The translations under genes and the position numbers were made by a program. Shown here one piece after another: positions 60,789-64,000 of a stretch of DNA of 64,000 nt. The notes under the pieces are model-generated. The model saw only the letters and a list, made by a program, of their open reading frames with translations, was not told the DNA's origin and did not search any database. The DNA is from Clostridia bacterium. Lineage in GTDB: Bacteria > Bacillota > Clostridia > RGIG6154. Location of the stretch: the NCBI GenBank assembly GCA_017409875.1, contig JAFQRW010000022.1, positions 8,673-72,672 on the forward strand. The letters are read 5' to 3'. Numbering within the stretch: position 1 is the first letter of the stretch; every line of letters begins with the position of its first letter.

Positions 60789-61781
60789 TTAAACCTCATA
60801 CGCCTGCGTATTTGCATGGTTTCCAAACTCATCTGTAACGTCAATTCTAAAAAATCTATCTGAATTTTTTATTTCAAATTCTGCTTCATTCAAATAGTTT
60901 CCAACTTCGGCAAACTTACATTTTGCACGTCTGCCAAAAGTTGAATATGAAATACTTTTTGCATTTGAGCACTTAATTTTAACTCTGTTCTTTTTCATTG
61001 AAAGCTCATAAATTAAAGGACCGTTTGAAACGTAAAAATCTCCTTTCAAGAGAGCATCTATTATTGAGTTATACTCCAATTTTTCTGCATTAATCATGGC
61101 AAATGTCCCGAAAGAATCATCAAAATGATTATGATTGTCATCTCCTGAAGATGCAAAAATCTTTTTGCCGTCACGTAAAAAGTCATCCAACACATTTATA
61201 TCATATTCATAAATACCCGTGCGGTTTGAAGCGGTATTGTAAATCTCAACACCCCATAAACCCTCATATCCCGAATAATCTCCATAATTTTCAAGCGACC
61301 AGCGAGGATGGTTATAGCACACAAAAAAACCGTTGTCGTTTGCATCTTTTATAATCTTGTTAATTCCGTATGCTCCGTATACTCTCTCATACTCACAATC
61401 CGGTTTTTGAAGCCTCTTTCTGACTTCAGGCTTTGAAAAATGGTCTGCTACCGAATTATAGAAAAAATTATAAGTATTACTCTGCTTTTTTGCATAAAGA
61501 TTAAGATGGCACACTTTCATATCAAGATTTTTCAATGTAGAATCGTTAGGAAACTGCTTTATTGCAATTTCGCAAGAAGTTATAGTAAGAAAATCTTTAT
61601 CATCTAAGTAAGAATTGTCGTTAAGATGCTCATGATCTGTAATAGCAAGCACGCTGTAACCTTTTTGCTTATAATACTTTTTTAACTGCTCAGGTGTAAG
61701 TCTGCCATCTGACAGTGTGCTATGGCAATGCAGATTTGCCTTGAAAAACTTCTTAGAACTGTCTAACAAAACGACGCTCAT
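60789..61781 (-). CDS. PHP-domain protein
   Basis: LHCHSTLSDG; ITDHEH. Confidence 0.75.
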   Translation of the reverse strand: MSVVLLDSSKKFFKANLHCHSTLSDGRLTPEQLKKYYKQKGYSVLAITDHEHLNDNSYLDDKDFLTITSCEIAIKQFPNDSTLKNLDMKVCHLNLYAKKQSNTYNFFYNSVADHFSKPEVRKRLQKPDCEYERVYGAYGINKIIKDANDNGFFVCYNHPRWSLENYGDYSGYEGLWGVEIYNTASNRTGIYEYDINVLDDFLRDGKKIFASSGDDNHNHFDDSFGTFAMINAEKLEYNSIIDALLKGDFYVSNGPLIYELSMKKNRVKIKCSNAKSISYSTFGRRAKCKFAEVGNYLNEAEFEIKNSDRFFRIDVTDEFGNHANTQAYEV

Positions 61782-63070
61782 AGTTTGTTTTTCGCCTCTT
61801 CAAGTTTAATTTCACGTCTGTTTTTAACATGGTCAGGCATTGGCTTGATATCCCCTGCCAATGTAAGTGCCTGCCTTGTAAGAAGTGGTCCTACAAGCTC
61901 ATAAATCAAAACTGCAAACAATGTGATATTTCTGATCAGGTTACCTTCAGCTCCAAGCTGCATTGCAGTTGCACACATTCCAAGTGCGACACCCGCCTGC
62001 GGGAACAGAGTTATTCCCAAATATTTACAAATTTCAGGAGAGCAATTTGTTGCCTTTGCACTTATAAATGTACCTGTATACTTACCCAAGCAACGTGAAA
62101 GAATATATACAACGCCAATTACAACTATTGCCCAATCTAAAAATACGCTAAGTTGAAGTTCTGCTCCACTTATAACAAAAAACAATGCAAAAAGCGGTGA
62201 CGTCCACTTGTCAGCGCCTTCCATTAGGTCATGAGAAAGCGAACAGATATTGCAAAATACAGTACCTAACATCATACATACCAAAAGTGATGAAAAACTG
62301 ATGTGAACAGGTCCAATATGAAAATCAAGCATTGAAATTGAAACTGTCAAAAATACAAAAGCTATTGTAAGATTAAGTCTGTTTGTATTTGAATTAAACA
62401 GTTTTTCAAGCTGTGTCAGTATATAACCCATAACTGCACCAAGCGATAGTGAACATATAATTTCAACCAATGGATTTATAATAATTGAAATCATATCTAC
62501 ACTGCCCATAATCAAAGTTTTTGAAATTCCAAACGACACTGCAAAAACAATCAGTCCTACTGCATCATCAAGAGCAACTATTGGCAGAAGAAGGCTTGTC
62601 AATGGACCTTTTGCCTTATATTGCCTTACAACCATAAGGGTTGCAGCAGGTGCAGTTGCAGTAGCTATTGCACCAAGCGTAATAAGCTGTGGAACTGTTA
62701 GCTTGTCAGGCATAATTATATGTACTGCCAAAAGTGCAAGGTCAACTAAAACCGTAGCAGCAAGTGCCTGAAACACGCCTATAACAAGCGCTTGCCTTCC
62801 TGTCTTTTTTAAATCTGACATACGAAACTCATTACCAATAGAAAAAGCAATAAATCCAAGCGCAACTTCTGAAATAAGCGAAAGCTTTTCAACAGCTTCT
62901 GCTGTCGAAAAACCAATTCCCTCTATTCCCAAAGCACCTATACAGTAAGGACCGATTAAAACGCCGGCAATTAAATACGCCGTAACTGACGGCAGCTTAA
63001 AAGGCTTGAATGCTCTGGTCATTAAAAGCCCTGCCAAAAGAGCGATTGAAACTGATAATAATGTACTCAT
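61778..63070 (-). CDS. Cation:proton antiporter (CPA family)
   Basis: 430 aa, 12 TM. Confidence 0.8.
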   Translation of the reverse strand: MSTLLSVSIALLAGLLMTRAFKPFKLPSVTAYLIAGVLIGPYCIGALGIEGIGFSTAEAVEKLSLISEVALGFIAFSIGNEFRMSDLKKTGRQALVIGVFQALAATVLVDLALLAVHIIMPDKLTVPQLITLGAIATATAPAATLMVVRQYKAKGPLTSLLLPIVALDDAVGLIVFAVSFGISKTLIMGSVDMISIIINPLVEIICSLSLGAVMGYILTQLEKLFNSNTNRLNLTIAFVFLTVSISMLDFHIGPVHISFSSLLVCMMLGTVFCNICSLSHDLMEGADKWTSPLFALFFVISGAELQLSVFLDWAIVVIGVVYILSRCLGKYTGTFISAKATNCSPEICKYLGITLFPQAGVALGMCATAMQLGAEGNLIRNITLFAVLIYELVGPLLTRQALTLAGDIKPMPDHVKNRREIKLEEAKNKL

Positions 63071-63230
63071 TTAAAGTCATCTCCTCAATAATAAAAACAC
63101 AAAGAAATCACCGCAAACCAATGCGGCGATTAATTCTTACGTTATTCTATCACATTTATTATTTAAATTCAATGTTATTTTACATTTTTTTCTTTAAATA
63201 TTCTAACAATATAAACTGGGGGAAATGTTA

Positions 63231-64000
63231 TCACACATCATAATCAAGCTTAAATTTTTCACCGCAGCCGTAATTTTCGTAAACATAGTCGATATCTTTA
63301 TCGCCTCTGCCTGAAAGACAAGCAAGTACTGAGCCTGATTTATGCTCTTTTGCATATCGGATTGCATACGCAACAGCATGAGCACTTTCAATAGCAGGAA
63401 TAATACCCTCATATCTTGAAAGAAGGAAAAATGCTTCCATAGCTTCTTCATCAGAAACTGTTTCGTATTTCACACGTCCTAAATCTCTTAAATGAGCGTG
63501 CTCCGGACCAACACCCGGATAATCAAGTCCGCTTGCTATTGAATAAACAGGAAGTGGCTCACCATTTTCGTCCTGAAGAACATAACTTGAATAGCCGTGA
63601 ATTTTTCCTTTTGTACCAAACGCCATTGTTGCCGCATGGTCTCCTACACCTTTACCTCTTCCCAAAGGCTCAATTCCATATATTTCAACAGGGTCTGCCA
63701 AAAACGGAACAAACATACCCAGTGAGTTTGAACCACCGCCAACGCAAGCGCAAACCGCATCAGGCATAATTCCTGTCATTTCTAAAAACTGCTCTCTTGC
63801 TTCTATGCCGATTACAGACTGAAAATCTCTTACCATTTTAGGGAAAGGATGTGGACCTGCAGCTGTTCCGATACAATAAATTGCAGTTTCATATTCTTTA
63901 AGATATGCTTCAAATGCTGCATCGCATGCTTCTTTTAAAGTTTTAAGTCCCTTTGTTACAGGGATAACTCTTGCACCAAGCATTTTCATACGGATTACAT
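63231..64000 (-). CDS. trpB: Tryptophan synthase beta chain (N-terminus beyond the window)
   Basis: [10 protein letters not shown]; frame open to the window edge. Confidence 0.85.
   Translation of the reverse strand, partial: VIRMKMLGARVIPVTKGLKTLKEACDAAFEAYLKEYETAIYCIGTAAGPHPFPKMVRDFQSVIGIEAREQFLEMTGIMPDAVCACVGGGSNSLGMFVPFLADPVEIYGIEPLGRGKGVGDHAATMAFGTKGKIHGYSSYVLQDENGEPLPVYSIASGLDYPGVGPEHAHLRDLGRVKYETVSDEEAMEAFFLLSRYEGIIPAIESAHAVAYAIRYAKEHKSGSVLACLSGRGDKDIDYVYENYGCGEKFKLDYDV

Overview
This 64 kb window comes from a low-GC, spore-forming Firmicutes (Clostridia-type) chromosome.

**Positions 1 to about 17,367: right-hand part of an integrated prophage.** Most genes are on the minus strand and run, right to left, from early to late functions. 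The modules, in coordinate order, are:
- packaging (terminase small and large subunits);
- many small Cys-rich ORFs;
- a Lar-like anti-restriction protein;
- an HTH protein and a Dam methyltransferase;
- the replication module (replisome organiser, HNH-like protein, SSB);
- a complete diversity-generating retroelement (DGR): reverse transcriptase, a 65-bp template repeat, an Avd-like accessory gene and two paralogous target genes, each with a C-terminal variable repeat;
- the lysogeny switch (Cro-like and CI-like XRE regulators around an operator-rich intergenic region, plus an ImmA-like metallopeptidase);
- a tyrosine integrase;
- arm-type repeats and a partial tRNA 3' end that marks attR.

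**Downstream of the prophage: core host genes.**
- A TPP riboswitch in front of a thiM-thiE-HAD-thiD operon.
- An oxalate/formate-type MFS transporter with an attenuator-like leader.
- rho, cvpA and truA.
- An ECF transporter module (ecfT, ecfA2, ecfA1).
- An rRNA methyltransferase, a Cof-type hydrolase and a degenerate P-type-ATPase homologue.
- tRNA-Gly, the PFOR gene nifJ and apbE.
- The cluster parB/noc-rsmG-mnmG-mnmE-jag-yidC-yidD-rnpA-rpmH, without dnaA, dnaN or soj alongside.
- metK, a LysR regulator, a YitT-family protein and a LOG-family protein.
- An RNase J-like MBL hydrolase.
- Two small YjcZ-like peptide genes.
- An EF-G paralogue with deviant G motifs, a PdaA-like deacetylase, an ABC-F ATPase, an AraC regulator, an EamA transporter and mnmA.
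- A PHP-domain protein, a cation:proton antiporter and a partial trpB.

The DGR is the stand-out system in the window.
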